Of a stretch of 64,000 bases of DNA, positions 10,479-23,459 are shown one piece after another. Both the position numbers and the translations under genes were made by a program. Origin of the DNA: Camelus dromedarius (taxonomy: Eukaryota); assembly GCF_036321535.1 (NCBI RefSeq), contig NC_087438.1:11348001-11412000 (forward strand). The letters are read 5' to 3'. Under the pieces are notes generated by a model. The model had not been told where the DNA came from. It worked only from the letters and a program-made list of their open reading frames with translations, and made no database searches. How positions within the stretch are numbered: the first letter of the stretch is position 1; the number at the start of each line of letters is the position of its first letter.

Positions 10479-13400
10479 TAGAAGGGCAAGCTGAAGAAGA
10501 AGACAGCTTCCAAAACTCTCAGGAGAAAAAAAAATGATCTGGGTTGGCAACCTACAAGAAACATCGCCTGCTAAAAGCTTTTGCCAGCTTCCCCTAGCGT
10601 TGGCCTGCGAGTTTATATCTGAACAAACATCTTGCACCCATTTGCTAAGTGCAGCATCTGTAATGCATTCTCAAAGGATAATTGTGTCTGGGGCTCAACA
10701 TATGTGATGGTGAGGCAGGAAAAAATTCTCACATTTTTTTGGTATAATTTCCCTCATATGTTTCTTATAACTTCATGGCACCATCAGCACAAGAGAAAGA
10801 AAAGAACTATAAGTGGGGTAGCTCTTTTCTAAGTTCAGGAGTGTATTCATAAGTTCTATTTTAAATACTCCTATTTTATATATAACATTATACAGTGTTA
10901 TGTATAATGCTGAAATTTATGAAGATGATCATTATAGGACTTAAATAAAATATGTAAACCACCAATTTGGAAGTTTGGTGTTTAACCCTTGTGTGCCTAC
11001 GGCACTCTATTTACACATGTATCTTAATTTCTGCTTCCTAATCTCTCTGTATATTATTGTGCTGTGTTCTCCAGAAGCTCAGTATGCAAATGTAACACAT
11101 TTCCCAAAATAGAGGATTCAGTTGAAGATAATTCACATTAAAATATAGTTCACAGGCATTATTTCCTTCATTCTATTAACAACCTAGTGAGGGAGGAAGT
11201 TTTTGTTTGCATTTTGCATATAAAGAAACAAACATAAAAGTTCTCAGGGACTTGCTTAAAGTCACACTTAGCAGTGAGTAGTGGACCAAGGGGCAAATGT
11301 CAACCTTGTACCTCAAGACCTGGCATCATTTTCCCTTTACAGTGTGGCTCCCCTGCTAACGTAAAATTAAATGCACCTGGGCGTCAACCTTGAGTATATA
11401 AAATAATGTAGTTCTTGAATCTTCCCTCCAAAAACTGTTTATATTTGAGACTCATCAATTAGTCATATACAGATAAAATATTTCCTATAGTCTTCCTGTC
11501 TTTTTCTTATTTGTAGTTAAATAATCGGAAGGCAGAAGAGCCCGATTTACAATGATGGGAGTCACATTCAGTTAGCTTGAAATGGTCAGCAGTGCTGTGT
11601 TCAAAGCTTCTTTGTTAGGAGATTGTCAGACTTAACCACAATACACAGGGAACAGTTCTGAAGAGTGGAAAAGAAGTGGAGTAAGAATTTAAATGCTTGG
11701 TACATAGAATGTTTGGCTCCAAGGAGACATATGAGAATTTCCCTTTTAAGGAAATGGGCTACATATAGTGTACAAACCTCTATTCTGGTTAAAACAAAAA
11801 AAAGTGAATTTCAAGGTTGAATAATTTTATTCTTATATCAGCATTGTGTTCAACTGTGTAAGAAGTACCATTATTACACTTATTCTTGAACAACAGTAGC
11901 TACCTTCTCTATGGCCATGTTGGAGAAATGTGGGTCACACAGCTCACTCCCCTACATGCACACCAGCAACTAACCAAACAAAATTAACTTGCATAAAAAT
12001 ATTCTGACTATAATTTTATCCAAGATTAGTCAAAATTGCAAATGCAGTCAACATATAACTTAAATATTTTCCCAGATTTTATCCCTAACTAATATGATGA
12101 AATCTTGGTATAAAGTAAATTTATGAGTATCTAAGATGCTTAGCAAATTTAGTTATCCTTTCTTAACAATAAGGGGTTATTATATAACTTTCACACCACT
12201 GTAATATATTTTAGGTCATTCAAAAGATATTTCTGGTTAAAGTCCTGTTGCATTTTTACCCCCTTCACATAACAAGTACCAAGAGGTAACTCCATGTCTT
12301 ACTGAGAAAATAGACTCCACCCTTTCTGTCTCAACTACCCTGCTTTGCAACACCTCTCTGTATTTTCGCCTTTCTTTTTCTTCAATTTTCAGTACTTCTC
12401 AGCCCTGGATGCACATTAAAATCCCCTGGAGGGCCTTTCTGTATACCCAGTCTAGACTGACTAGTTAAGAATCTGGGCTGAGAGCCACTAACCTAATCTC
12501 TTCTCCTGAGAAGCAACCTCTTCTTTGTTAAAACCAGGTCTTCATCAGTGGTGCCTTCTCAGGGGCACTGCTTCCTGAATCACCTCTCTTTCTCACTTTT
12601 ATCATTCCTCTCTTCCAGTGGTTCATTTTTCTCATCCTGCCAAGCATCTGTTCTTTACATCCCTCCTTTGAGTTGTAGTTAGTAGTGGACCCGAACCTCC
12701 ATCTGCTTCCATAGAATGTATGCCCAGATGCAGGCGTGCTGGTCAGCAATCTTAACACAGTTGAAATGGCTTCAGAAAGCCATACTTCCAAAGCTGGATT
12801 TTAGCCAGAAATACAAGTTGATCGTGCCTTAAGTTACAAACGAAGGGATGAACTCACTGAGGACGATGTCTTAATAATCACAGAGCCCCTCTTCTCAAGC
12901 TCCAAAGCACGTTGCTGCCAACTCAGCATAGGTGATAGCAGTTCACTGCGAGAGATAACTTTCAATGGACTTCCTGTGTTTCTCTGAGTGAGGAGGTAAA
13001 ATCTTTACTTATTCAGAACTGTCAATGCAGTTGACAGCGTATACACAGATGATGGGACGTGTTACTGCGTGTAGAGAAGAGGGGAAATGCCAGGCCATCA
13101 AAAATGCAAAAGAGTGGTTTGGAAACAATTATTCTTGTCCGTCACGATGAGTGCCTTTGTAGAAACTGTGGTTTCTAATTGTTGGTTTTTCTGCCATTCT
13201 GAGTTCTAAAGAATATTATCCATGGCCCATTTAAAAAGTCCTTTATATCACTTAGGTAAAATTTTACGTGGATTAAAATGATTTTGAGTATTTTAATCAT
13301 AATTCACACAAAATTAATTTGAGTACATATTTTTTGAGCATTTTAAAGTCTTTTAGATACAGTCAGCAAATTAATAGCAATATAATAAACTTAAAAACAA

Positions 13401-14094
13401 TAGCCATCTGCATGGCCTTTTCCAAAAGTGCTGAAGATTTCATTTATAACTTTTGCCCAGCAATCATCATGAAGAAACCTACTTACACTGTAGCAGAACT
13501 CAATAATCATTTTCTTATTTCAAAAAGCAATTTTATTTTAAAGACAGAACCACTTATTCTTGGAATATTTGCTGCTTCAGATTTCTGAAATTTCCATTTA
13601 TTGGTCTTCTTTCCCTAAACCTAATCATCCCTGCCTCATTCCAGATGTCCTACTTGTGTTCATCAAAAATATATTTGAAAACTAATTGCCACAGCATGTG
13701 AGTATTGAATAAAATGAATGATTTCTCTTTGGCCAGTCATCTTTTGGAACGTGAGGGGCAAGGGAGGTCTGCATCTCCGAGGAGGTTGGGGGAGGGTAAC
13801 TGGGGGAGTCTCTGCTCCTGTGTCTGTATTTTTTTTTTGAAAATAAATCAAATTATGGTTGATTTCACTAAATAACTAGCCAAATTAATCATTAATATTC
13901 AATGTATAATCACTCATCCAAAGTAAAAAAAGTAAAGGTTAGCTACGGTAACCTGTTTGCATTTACTGAACTGAAGGAAGCCATATTTGTGTTACTGGAA
14001 GGAACCTTATATAGAATCCAGGGGTGGAGGGAAATATGTAAAGATAAATATAAAACATGTTTCTATTTTAAATTTTTTTATTTTTATATTTCAT

Positions 14095-14137
14095 TATATA
14101 TATATATATGTGTGTGTGTGTATATATATATATACAC
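14095..14137. repeat. Compound (TA)n(TG)n(TA)n microsatellite
   Basis: Directly visible. Confidence 0.95.
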
Positions 14138-15599
14138 ATTAACATTACAAGTCATTTGAACTCTACTAATTCAAAATATGCCATAATTTGAGTTGGAGTT
14201 ACCCAAAGATTACTTGCTTTATTTTCTAGGAAACAAAAAACATTGTTAACTACATGAATTCCTTAAACCAGTTTCAGGGTTACTAAGAGATAGGAATTAG
14301 TTTTAGAAGGTTGACATAGCCATATTGTTTATTCAATAAGCACCTCTAAGTTAGGAGGTCAGTGGGTTCTATATGTTTATTAAAGCAGGTGGAATAGAGA
14401 TTTGGGAATTGAGATTGGAAATACTATACAAAAGATGGAAATGATTTTTCAATTAAGACTTTTCATAAAACTTTGCCCTTCACTTAATCTATATTAACAT
14501 AATTCTGAAGAATTTAGTACAGGGATGGATGAACTGGAATTTAGTGAACAAACAAATACACAAGAGCTGTCAATTAGCCGGATTCTTGAGCACCACTGGA
14601 GGTTGAGTTTGCCTCTGCCATGCTGCACCAGAAAAGTAGGGAAAATTCTTTCTTTCTTTCTTCCTGGTGCAAAAGTTCCTTTTGGCTGTAAAGAGCAGGA
14701 GTAGTGCTCTGATTCCATTCATCCTGAAACTGTTACTGTTCCTGATCTCATTATCACGTCCTTAAACTTCTTGGCCAGGCTCTGTTTCTAAGATGTGCTG
14801 CATATGCGGTTGTAACAGTGATCCCTAGGGGCCTCTTTTATTTTTATCTCTCCCCTCTGTCACCAGGATCTAATTTGAATCAGAGGCTAGAGGACTCCAG
14901 GAAGGATTTGTCCAATAGAAATTGGAACTGATAGCATATCTGTTATGTTTGAATATAGTGAGACAAATTCTACACCTCTAGTGGGGATTGAATTCGTGAT
15001 AAAGAGAAAAATAAGCAGAAAACTGAAGCAATTGATAACTACGGAAAAAATTAAAAGTTGTTCAAAAAATAAAATACAGTCGTGGTACCGCACAGTCTTA
15101 TTTATGGATAATATTTTCATACCTCTGAATATTGATTTAACCAAAAAGTATGACATGACTACATTGGGAGAATGGGGAAAAGAGAAGTGTGTTTGTGTTC
15201 GTGTGCACGTGCGCGTGCGTGCCTTTGTGTGTAGGGTGTTGTATAAAAGAATAAACTGGCATACTCAGTACTAGGGAGCCAAATATAAGGGTCTGAACTT
15301 ATAGAGAAATAGAGAAGTGCTTTGTGAGACTGTTCTTTAAAGTGAATCACAGGAGATTCAGTTAAGAGCTCTGAGCAGCTGTGAAAGGGAGACACTTTTA
15401 AATATGAGTATATTTTTGAATATATAAGTACCTTACTTTGATTTTTAAAAATAAAAAAATAATTAATTTGGGGGGAATCAAACCATTTTATTGAGGAGCT
15501 ATAGGGGAGGGTCGAAGGGCTCGGAGGACAGTTAGATCTGATGACCTCGTCCAGCTGGGATCTCTCTAGCTTCACAGTTGCTGACAAAAATAAAAATTT

Positions 15600-16950
15600 T
15601 TAAATGTGAATGAGAAACCAGAAAGTGAAGACCATATATGTAGATCTCTGACAAGTATTCTGTGAAGGGGAACATAAAGATGGGTCAGATGCTGACAACA
15701 GCTGAGGAGTGGAGGGAAGACTTTTACTTTAAGTGGGGAGATTGGAGTGTGCATTTCTTGTTGCTAAGATTGAAGAGTTGGAATGGAGAGATTGGTAACA
15801 CAGGAGGAACAAAAAAGGAGCAAAGAGGCAAAATTCAGGTCTACGGCCAAAATGAAGGTGTTTGTCTGTGAAAGGATAGGGGAGGTTTCCTCCATTCTAA
15901 GCCAGAGGTTGAGGTTGGGGATGTGGCCAAGGAGTGGGAGGTACTTGTGAAGAAAGGATACATAAAGCAGAAAAGTGAATGTAGGAAGGAAATGTGGTAG
16001 GGTTGCCAGATGGTACTGAGGCTTTATTTGACATTTGCAATCATCAATTTAAAGTGAAACCAAACAGCTGTATGATTTTCTGCAGCAACGTAAAATCAGC
16101 TAATGTGCAGACAGAGAGAGGATAGAAAGTTGGAGCAATATGATTTGGGGCTTTAACAGGTGAATATTATAGCAGGGCAGAGAAGCAAGAGTGACAGTTT
16201 TTGCATGAGTTTAACAATGGGGGTGGACCAGGGAATCTAGGCTGGGCTAGGGAGGAAGTGAACACAAAAGATGGCTGAGGAGTGGCGAGGAGTAGTGATG
16301 GAGTTAGTACATGAGAGTGTCAGTAAGAAAGAGGAATTGGAATCATGGAACTGTCACCATTTCCAGCAAGTGAAGCTCGTGAGGGGTGGTAGAAAACTAG
16401 GAGGTGAAACAGCCCCCAGGGACGGGCAGGTCCTGGGTGTGATGCTGGGAGTAGGTGAGGTGGAAAGAAAGGCCTTTGGAGGTGAGGTCAAGGAACTGAA
16501 AGACCAGGATCCTGGATGCTGAAGTATCCAAGAATGATCATAGTGAGTCATCTATGAATAGATAACTAACAAGACAGTGATGCAGGGAGAGGATGGTGTG
16601 ACTGATGCGAATCTCAAAGGGGCACGGCACTGCAGGAACAAGGGTGATAAGAGGTTGAAAGGAGTAGCAAGGGAAACAAGGAGGGTAGGTACCTCCCCCA
16701 ATTCCAAGCCCTGAGCTTCAGGGGATACTGGAGAAAATACATCATTCATTGGACAGGGCTGCAGAGAAAGGAGTGTACACAGGGGACAAGTCTCAGTTTA
16801 AGGTACAGAGGTGAAGGAGCATTCAGAGGAGTTAATCAATGTGTGGAAAATGCCAATGGTCACAACGGGAAGGCTTAGCCGAGGAAAGAGGAGTGGAGTC
16901 TGGGGTCATGAGACCGGGTGTATGGGAATGGAAATGAGGGTTATCAGATT
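15600..16950 (-). mobile_element. Probable highly diverged L2 internal segment
   Basis: Long purine (GA)-rich plus strand typical of antisense L2; no intact ORF. Confidence 0.4.
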
Positions 16951-17972
16951 TCACAGGAAGCTTGAACTTCTGACAGCGGCTGAGGTAAATAAAAGGCATG
17001 TGGGCCGTGGTGAGTCAGCTCAGAGGGTTTCTTCTCAACCGCTGGGCACTCAGTTCTAACGTGGTGACCCAAACACTTGGCTTGGGAGTTCGGCAGTGAC
17101 TGTCCCTCCCACAGCCTCCACTGGTTGTGACAGTAACTCTGGGTGACTGCGTTCTCCACCCCCCACATTAGTCCTTGTCACTGCTTTGGTGAAGGTGGCT
17201 TTAGAGAATATGATGCTGTGTGGACATGAGACGAAGAGCCCGGAGTGGCAGTCGTGACTGTGTCACCACTCCCCCAAGTAACCCTGGCACATCACGTAAC
17301 TTCTCTGAGTCTCAGATTCCCTGATAAAGAAGAAAATGCGATAGCCTTGTGGGTCCTCCTCAGGCTTAACTTTTGTGATTCTAACATGAAATTATACTAA
17401 GATATGTTTATAGCACTTTAAAATGAAAGATTTTGTCCCATATTATCAAACAAATGCTCAGGGATATTAGACTTAGAAGGAGCACACTTGATGGACTTCC
17501 CTTCCTGACATACGTGCTCTGCTGCCATTTGTAACTGAGATAATTCGGGGGATTTACAAGCATATATATTCACATTCACATGTATATGATGCATGTGTGT
17601 CACCACTGTCATTTTGTTTTTAGCTTTTTTTGTATTCCTTTTCTTTTATTCCTTCATTCATCTGAGGGTGGGTGAACCTCTTTCCATGAATCAAGTCTGT
17701 AACACAGCCTTGTGTGTGATGAAGGAAGCTTCTGTCTCACCAGCACAAGATGTATGCAATTATTGGGATTTCAGGAAAACAGCTTATAATAATGAGGTTA
17801 AAAAGAATCCCCGCTTGGACTTTGTAACCTCCCATCACCCCCCGTATACAGACATTTGGGTGCTCTCACCTGAATGCTGTCACCAAACAGCTGTGAAAGC
17901 AACTGGAGGAAGGGGTAGAGGCGAGCTGTGGGGGGGGTGCCTTCTGCAGCACAGGCGAATGCCGCCCTGGTC

Positions 17973-18010
17973 CACGTGACTTACACGTGCATCACACACG
18001 CCCCGCCCCC
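17973..18010. promoter_or_regulatory. Double E-box CACGTG-N5-CACGTG (ChoRE geometry) plus GC box
   Basis: CACGTG ACTTA CACGTG at 17973-17989 and CCCCGCCCCC at 18001-18010, in a locally CpG-retaining patch. Confidence 0.5.
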
Positions 18011-19424
18011 ACTACGACCATCTCAGAGCATGAGGCAGGCTGCCAGCAGCAACCTGGTCACCTCTGCATCCGGCTGGTTATGAAGTCAGAGGGGCTGCTG
18101 TGAAGTATATCATACACAGAAGAGCAACAGAAGGTGAGGATGGTGACTTCATCCTCGCTGTGCTTCCAAGAGTCCAAGCCAATCACTGCTTCTCTGCTCC
18201 CAGTGAAGGGAAAAGACCAGCCTCAGACATGGGATCTTGAGCCCTCCTAGTATTAAAAGTCACATGATTGATAGAAAGAAGATGAAAAACACTGTGGATT
18301 ACCATGTTGGAAACAGAGATGACCTAGCGGCTGGTTGTGTTACCGTATCAGAGAGCAGACTGCCCCAGTGATAATTCTTGGGCCGAATAGATTTCGGACA
18401 TTTTCACATTGAGTCTGTTTAAGCCGCGTCGCAGTTCCCCCGCCTCCAGTGTGTAGTGTGGCCTGTTTCCTCTTAACTTTGCAGCAGTGTGAAATCCCCG
18501 ACTGTCGCTGTAGGCACGTGTGGCTCTGGGTGGCCTCTGCAAAGCAATGACACTTGTCAGTTTTCACAAGGAACAGAAAATACTGTATAAAAACAATACT
18601 CAACATTGGAGTGGCTCCATTTATCTAACTAATTGGGCTAGACTGTCATCATGGAGTGAGTCCTGGAACAGAAAAAGGCAACGTGCAAAAATAGCTTCTG
18701 CCTATGTCCTGTTTTCCTAAAATGTGCCTTCTCGCACTGCAGGTGCTACTAAATAGGGTCCTCACAAGTTCTAGACTTTGTCATAGGGGAATGCCCCTGG
18801 GTAGATTCTCAGTGACCATGACAATAGTGAAATTAGAGGTAGATGGCCCTGGAGGGGTTTTTGAATTTTGTGTTTCCTTTCTCTCTCCCTTTCTCCTTCT
18901 CTCCTGTCCTTCCTTATACTTAGAATAAAATAAAAGTGTAATATCATAGAACTCGCCATGACTGGACAAGCAGTAAACAGAACTGGAGTTCAGCCTAGGT
19001 CTGTCGCTGCCTGGATGTCATTTACAAAGTTTTGAACTGACATCGTTGATTATAGTTTTGATATTTCCTGTTTTCTTACATTGCCCTCTGTTTCCTGTCA
19101 GATTATTGTGTTCTTTAGTTGTCGTGACAGTGTTCAAGACACTGTCAGTGCATAGTGTACATACAGTGACAGCTCCAGCTGTCCCTTTGGTACTGGGAGG
19201 GTCATGCAATATCCAATAAGGTCAGTTGGCAGAAATGTAATCTTACACCAGGATGGAATTCGTTCATAACAAGAGTTTAATATGGTTGGTAAAAATTGAA
19301 TTAGAATAATTTGTAGATACTCTTAAGCCTGTGTTCAAAAGTTTGAGTCAATTTAATCAAGAAATTAATTACCAAATGCATATTATGCATGAAGAACTTA
19401 CAAATACAGGTGGACGCAAAGATA

Positions 19425-19893
19425 AGTATAGTGGTGCCCCCCTCCCCTCAAAGAGACATTCATGTTCTAACCACCAACCAGATCCTACAAAAGTGACCTG
19501 ATTTGGAAAAAGGGCTGTGGCAGATGTGATTAAGTAAAGAATCTCAAGATGAGGTCATCCTTTTGGTATGGGTATCATTTGGGTCGACCCTAAATCCAGT
19601 GACATGTGTCCTTGTAAGACACCTGCAGAGGAGAAAGACGCAGAACAGAAGCCCATGTGAAGAGGGGGTTAGGGGTTGAAATGATGCAGCTACAAGCCCA
19701 GAAATACCTGGAGCCCCCAGAAGCTGGAATAGGCGAGGAAGCTTTCTCTCCTACAGCCTTCAACAGAGGGCAGCCCTGCCGACCCCTTGATTTCAGACTT
19801 CTGGCCTCCAGAACTGTGCGAGGAGACATTTCTGTTGTTTTAAAGCACCAAGTTTGCAGTAAGGTGTTAGGGCAGCCCTGGAAAACGAATAAA
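19425..19893 (+). mobile_element. MaLR solo LTR (MLT1B/C-like)
   Basis: gtgacctgatttggaaaaaggg...gcagatgtgattaag; cagacttctggcctccagaactgtg; tttaagcaccaagtttg...ggcagccctggaaaacgaata. Confidence 0.9.
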
Positions 19894-20524
19894 AAGAGCA
19901 AAAATCAGTCCCCAGTGAAGAGCTGGTAATATATATTACATGCGAGTCTGTGCAAATGTTAAATGAAGGCATTACAATATAGGAGTGAAGGGGAATTTAT
20001 TTCAAGTAAAGGTAGGCGGAAAGACCTCTTGAAAGAGGTGTGCCTTGGTCAGGGTCTTAATGGGACAGGAAATTTCAGGACATACGCAGAGCTAAGATAT
20101 CGGAGGAGACAGAGGGGGTTCAGGAAGATAAACTGAATAAATCTGGTACCATAGTGGGGTCCGGCGAAAGGAAGTGATGTAATCCAAACTTCTAACACCG
20201 TGAGAATTTAGTTGTGTTCAGAAATGCAGAAAGCCTCAGTTCGGTCAGACAGGTCTTTCTGCTGCTAGACGTAGATTATGGAGAAACCTACACTTCCCAC
20301 CGTCTCCCATCTAAGATTAGGTTGACTTTAAGACTTAGATTTCTGTAGAAGCACAAGTAAGAGAAGAAATCAAAATCAGAGAGGACAGAAATAATTTCAG
20401 GGATATTCTGAAACCTCTGTAATGCCCTGGACACACATTGATTACAGTATTGAACCACGCACTAACTTCTGCTTCCAGGACGGCTTCATACCTTGTGTCC
20501 TACCTGAGCTGGGAGATGCGTCCT

Positions 20525-20975
20525 GTACCAGTTACCTAGGCTGTCGCAACAGATTATCACAAACTGAGCGGCTTGCCACAATGGGGATTTTCGGGATCAC
20601 ATTTCTGGAGGCAGAAGTCAGAAACGAAGGTGTCAGTGGGGCCATGCTGCCTCTGCCGGCTCGAGGGGCGCATCCTTCCCTGCCTCTTCCGGCTTCAGGT
20701 GACCCCTCGCACTCCCTGGAGTTCCTTGTCTATTAGACACATCACTCCAATCTCTGCCTCCCTCTGCACTTGACCTGCTCTGTGCCTCTGGGTCCTCTCC
20801 TCTTCTTATAAGGGTGGTGGTTATTAGATTGAGGGCCCAACCTCATCCAGTATGACCTTGCCTTCACTTGACTAATTACACTTGCAGAAAAAAAAAAAAA
20901 ACCTATTTCCAAATAAGGCCACATCCTGAGGTTCTAGGTAGACACACATTTGGGGACATTCTTCAACCCACTGCA
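20525..20975 (-). mobile_element. MaLR solo LTR (MLT1B/C-like)
   Basis: Reverse-orientation MLT1 text: ttctggaggcagaagtc, cctcatccagtatgacct, cctatttccaaataaggccacatcctgagg. Confidence 0.9.
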
Positions 20976-21962
20976 CATCCTATTTATGTTTTAATCCATA
21001 GGGCCTAGTCCAGTGTTGGACATAACACTGGGAACCACTAATTCTTTGCTGACAAAGGAAATAGACCTGTAATGTTCATGAATTAAGTGAAATTGCTGAC
21101 AAGTAAAACATGGAAGGGAAAACAAGAGAAGAGAAGGGGAGTTGGAAGAGAGAAAAGAAACTTTTCAAGTGTTGCCTGGAAGTGTAAATCCAAAATCTGT
21201 ACAGGGCCTACGAGATCTCGTGAGACTTGGCCCCGGCCTACCTCCACCTCCCTGGACCTGCTGCCATCCAGATTCTTCAGGTCCTGTTCCCTTCACGTGG
21301 AACACCCCTCCCGCTCCCCTCCACCTAACACACGCCACATCCTTAGCTCTTTGGCTTAAACGGCCATTCTTCAAAAAGGTGACATCTCCCCAATGCCCTA
21401 TAGGACTTGGTATTTTTCCTTTATCTGCAGCTGTTTCAGTTGGGAACCATGTTTTTAATAATAATACAATCATTTCTTTAATATCTCTGTCTCCATTAGA
21501 GCAGGAGCTGCGTGGAGACCAGAGCTTGCCTCACATGTTCAGGGAAGAACCCCAGCATCTAGGGTGTATCTTAGGTCCTTCTACATGACAGCTTTTCAGA
21601 TATTTTAACTGTCATCGTAACCTCACTAAGGCTCCTTCTACCTGAACAGACCACCTATGTCCTTAAGTGAACTTACCGTGTCCTTTAGGGCAGCCCAGTG
21701 CTCACCTCTGCCCCATGTCTGCTGACCATAAACATGAAGCACAACAGCATAATGTTCAAGGCAGTGAGGCACCACCACCCCAGCAGGTCTGCAGACTGCT
21801 GGTGCCCTGATTCCATCACTAATGAGCTCTGGGGTCACAGGCTGCCTTGTGTCCTGCTGCGGCCCACACAAGGGTTGGCCGTGCTCTCCCCATCCTGTGG
21901 GTCTTTCCCGTCTGCTTCAGGCCCCAGCGTCACCCAGCCCTGTGGCTCCAGCCTCTCCTCTT

Positions 21963-22383
21963 TTTTATTTATTTATATTGTAATTGAAGTAGATTCAGTT
22001 TACAATGCTGCAAGAATTTCTGGTGTACAGCGTGATGTTTCAGTCATCCATATACATACATATGTCCCTTTTCACATTCTTTTTCATTATTGGCTACTAC
22101 AAGATATTGAATATAGTTACCTGTGCTTCTCAGTAGAAACTTGTTGTTTATCTATTTTATATACATTAGTTAGTATCTGCAAATCTCGAGCTCCCAATTC
22201 TACAATGGGACACTACTCAGCCATAAAAAAAAATTAAACCAGACCATTTGCAGCAACCTGGATGGGCCTGGAGATTGTCATTCTAAGTGAAGTAAGCCAG
22301 GAAGAGAAAGAAAAATACCATATGATATCACTTATATGTGGAATCTAAAAAAAAAGAAGACACAAATGAACTTAGTTACAAAA
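21963..22383 (-). mobile_element. Young, 5'-truncated and 5'-inverted L1
   Basis: Minus-strand L1 3' end (21963-22200) fused to a plus-strand ORF2-end/3'UTR piece (22201-22383); 14-bp TSD CAGCCTCTCCTCTT. Confidence 0.9.
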
Positions 22384-22806
22384 CAGCCTCTCCTCTTCAC
22401 CTCAGTTGGAAGCCAGCTCCCTGGCCCTGGTTCCGGGGACGGTGGCAGTTCTGGGGCAGATAGAGTAGCAGGCAGGGTAGACTAGGGCTGCTGAAGGAAG
22501 CTGAAAGGATGAGGTCGTGAATCACTTCACTGTGTTGATGACTTGCCTCCGAACCTTCTAAAGTATAACGCTCAACGTAAACTAATGCTTTTCTTGTGCA
22601 CGTGACATGTCTGGGAGAATTCATGAGGGGCAGATTCTGAGCCTTGAATTTGATCTGATTCTGTGTTAAGACCCTGTTTTTCAGTCCTCTAACACTGTTT
22701 GTTTCTACTTAGATTACCTTCAACTAAAATCTCCAGATTATTTCTATACTGATGCTAAATTATAATCCTCCCTGAACTCACGAAACTATTTTTTAATATC
22801 AGACAA

Positions 22807-23297
22807 TTTTAGGTATATTTATACAATGGAATACTACTCAGCCATAAAAAAAAACAAAATAATGCTATTTGCAGCAACATGGTTGGACCTAGAAATCATC
22901 ATTCTAAGTGAAGTAAGCAAGAAAGAGAAAGAAAAATACCGTACGATTATCACTCATATGTAGAATCTAAAAAAGAAAAAGAAAAAAGAGGACACTAATA
23001 AACTCATCTACAAAACAGAAACAGACTCGCAGACATAGTAAATAATCTCATGGTTACCAGGGTAAAGGGGGTGGACAGGGACAAATTTGGGAGTTTGAGA
23101 TTTGCAAATGTTAGCTACTATATATAAAAATAGATTTAAATTTTTTTTTCTTTTGTATAGGACAGGAAACAGTATTCAATATCTTGTAGTAACCTATAAT
23201 GAAAATGAATATACATATGTATATACATGACTGGGACATTGTGCTGTACACTAGAAATTGACATATTGTAACTGACTGTACTTCAATTAAGAAAAAA
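22807..23297 (+). mobile_element. Young 5'-truncated L1 3' end
   Basis: tacaatggaatactactcagcc...aagtgaagtaagc...gtacttcaattaagaaaaaaa; TSD ATCAGACAA (22798-22806 / 23298-23306). Confidence 0.9.
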
Positions 23298-23459
23298 ATC
23301 AGACAAGTTAAAAAATTAATCCTACCACATACCATGTGTTACAGTCGATCCGTCCTTGTGGTAAGTTGAGATCACTGTATGTGAATTTTGTTTTGAATTG
23401 AAGTTTAGGTGGTCCATAACAGAAGTAAGCTAGCATCTCTTAAACAGAGGAAGCCTTTC

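Noticed and set aside
14887..15587. Overlapping 89-142 aa ORFs
   Set aside because: AT-rich or microsatellite-derived translations with no recognisable domain or convincing splice context.
21698..22237. 179-aa plus-strand ORF
   Set aside because: Crosses the L1 insertion boundary and the inversion junction; chance ORF.
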